From a virus (Duplodnaviria; Caudoviricetes): a stretch of 43,817 nt of DNA. The stretch lies in the IMG/VR virus record IMGVR_UViG_3300037458_001029, positions 1 through 43,817 of that record. One strand, given 5' to 3'. Position 1 is the stretch's first letter. Each line of letters opens with the position of its first letter. The position numbers and the translations under genes are program-made. Positions 42,165-43,817 of this stretch are shown piece by piece. Below the pieces are notes generated by a model, which worked only from the letters and a program-made list of their open reading frames with translations, searched no databases and was not told the origin of the DNA.

Positions 42165-43291
42165 TGATCGGCTCAGCACAAGCCGCGATCCTGGGGATCA
42201 GTAAAGCCCCGAAGACCTGGGATCTGACTGTTACAACGACAGGTTCTAGTCAGACCTATACGGTAGATATTAACGCTGGCACATCACCTAGTATTACGGT
42301 TGATTGGGGCGATGGAAGCGCGGCGGATCTTTACACCTCCACTGGACAAAAAACCCACACCTACACTAACGCCGGAACTTATGCGGTAAAAATATCGGGG
42401 TCGTTTGCCTCGGGCGGCAATATCCGGCTGGGCAGTAACGCGACCAATAGGGCGCGATTAAAAGCGACGAAGGCGGCTCCCTATATTCCAGGGCTGCTTA
42501 ATTTTAATGACACCTTTACTTACTGCACTGGTATAACGTCAGTCCCGGCAGATTTGTTTCGTTACAATCCTCAAGTCAGTACGCTTGCATTCAAGGGGAC
42601 TTTTTATGGTACCATCCTAACCGAAATACCTGCCAACCTGTTCCGTTATAACACTCTAGCTAGTACAGATGGGTTCTATTCCACTTTTGGGGAATGCCCT
42701 GGCATAACCTCGATTCCGTCCGACCTATTCCGCTACAACCTTTTGGTCAGTGGTGCTGGGTTTTACGCCACCTTCTATCTATGTACAGGTTTGACCGGAT
42801 CGCTACCCGCCGATCTGTTCCGCTACAATACTTTAGTCACTGAAAATGCATTTAGGCTTTGTTTCTATGGCTGCCACAAAATAACATCAGTCCCAGCAGA
42901 CTTTTTCCGATATAACACTTTGGTCAGTGGAGAGGGATTCAGGGACGTATTTTATGGTTGCACAGCCGTGGCCTCGATACCAGCCGACCTATTCCGCTAC
43001 AACACCGCTTCTACAAGTTTTTATCGCGCTTTCTACGGCTGCAACAAACTTCAACTGCGCAGTGACATCTTCTTTGCCGCCGGCGAGGAAGGTACGCGGT
43101 TCCTCAATAAAACAGTTACCTTCGCTGAGTGTTTCCGCTTGACAGGCGCATTCACGGGAACGCAGGGTACCGCTCCAGCCCTCTGGTCGTGCGATTTCGG
43201 TTCTGGTGCCGCAACCAAAACGGACTGTTTCCAGGGCCACGATGCCTCTTCCCTTTCTAACTGGGCCGACATACCGGCTGCCTGGACCTAA
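42164..43291 (+). CDS. PKD-like domain plus BspA-like leucine-rich repeats (putative adhesin or receptor-binding protein)
   Basis: VDWGDG..HTY..AGTY.V PKD motif; six Pxx[LF]FRYN repeats of about 28-30 aa. Confidence 0.75.
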   Translation: MIGSAQAAILGISKAPKTWDLTVTTTGSSQTYTVDINAGTSPSITVDWGDGSAADLYTSTGQKTHTYTNAGTYAVKISGSFASGGNIRLGSNATNRARLKATKAAPYIPGLLNFNDTFTYCTGITSVPADLFRYNPQVSTLAFKGTFYGTILTEIPANLFRYNTLASTDGFYSTFGECPGITSIPSDLFRYNLLVSGAGFYATFYLCTGLTGSLPADLFRYNTLVTENAFRLCFYGCHKITSVPADFFRYNTLVSGEGFRDVFYGCTAVASIPADLFRYNTASTSFYRAFYGCNKLQLRSDIFFAAGEEGTRFLNKTVTFAECFRLTGAFTGTQGTAPALWSCDFGSGAATKTDCFQGHDASSLSNWADIPAAWT

Positions 43292-43294
43292 CCT

Positions 43295-43795
43295 ATGTAC
43301 TACCATCTCGACCCCACCCGCACCACTATTCTATCCGGGCCGCACAACGCCACGGACACCGCCGTAAAGGCTCTGACTTCCTGCGGCAATCCCGAGCTAC
43401 TGGACCTGGCCGCCTATGACATGGTGCCGGAATGGCGCGAAGCCGTCGATGCGCCCCTGGGCTGGCAGTCTCCGGTACTGGAAACCCGCGATGGTGTAGT
43501 GGGTGTCGCCGTCTACGCCGCTGGCACTCCTGAAGAACGCGCTACCGCATTGGCCCAACAAGCCCGCGAGGGTATGTCCTGTTCAAGGGCGCAGGGAAAA
43601 CTGGCCCTGCTGCAAGTGGGCCTGATCGAACTGGTGGAAGCCTGGGTTGCTGCGCAATCACAAGCGGTTCAGATTGAGTACGCCGACCGCAACGATTGGC
43701 GCCGTACCTGGCCGTTGATCGAAGAAGCCAGGGTCGTCCTGGGCAAGACGCCAGAAGAAATAGATGCCTTGTTCAGTCTCGCGGTGACGTTGTGA
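43295..43795 (+). CDS. Fibre-assembly-like hypothetical protein
   Basis: SRAQGKLAL..VEAWV..W.R..P.I..LG.T.EEIDALF pattern, typical after fibre genes. Confidence 0.55.
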   Translation: MYYHLDPTRTTILSGPHNATDTAVKALTSCGNPELLDLAAYDMVPEWREAVDAPLGWQSPVLETRDGVVGVAVYAAGTPEERATALAQQAREGMSCSRAQGKLALLQVGLIELVEAWVAAQSQAVQIEYADRNDWRRTWPLIEEARVVLGKTPEEIDALFSLAVTL

Positions 43796-43817
43796 CTCGA
43801 CAACTGACCGAAGAAGA

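Larger units (their letters stand above)
1..43817. mobile_element. Temperate tailed phage or prophage segment (immunity, replication, packaging, head and fibre genes)
   Basis: cI/cro switch, primase, TerL, portal, prohead protease and capsid in phage-like order; no host housekeeping genes; ends and integrase not in the window. Confidence 0.95.

Noticed and set aside
42500-43291. Diversity-generating retroelement target
   Set aside because: No reverse transcriptase or near-identical template repeat in the window; the repeats are protein-level LRRs.

Overview
The whole window reads as part of a GC-rich temperate tailed phage or prophage, probably proteobacterial. No host genes, integrase or att site are visible. 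From left to right it holds: a leftward early operon; a lambdoid cI/cro switch with 17-bp operators; a replication module (primase-polymerase with a degenerate helicase domain, iteron-like origin, Dda/RecD-like helicase, PD-(D/E)xK nuclease, HU); a ParB-DNA methylase with a LAGLIDADG intein; a 2326-aa ART/kinase/ART polyvalent protein followed by a NUDIX hydrolase; terminase genes; a structured RNA candidate and a leftward DUF932 cassette; a holin-like gene and a free-standing endonuclease; a head module whose portal, protease and capsid resemble SPO1/Twort-type (Herelleviridae) proteins, interrupted by an amidoligase-GATase-GGCT cassette; and fibre or adhesin genes. The most striking observation is in the TerL intein. 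Its central region stays open but has no recognisable motifs in the terminase frame, while a complete HNH and Zn-finger endonuclease is encoded over exactly that stretch in a different frame with its own RBS and start. Also notable are a six-copy GTCGTGAC-N2-YANNCT candidate late promoter, a recurring [LFM]xK[AS] putative head-protease signal shared by structural proteins and enzymes, and a 26-aa copy of the capsid N-arm inside the protease. All family calls come from motif recognition by eye; no database searches were run.
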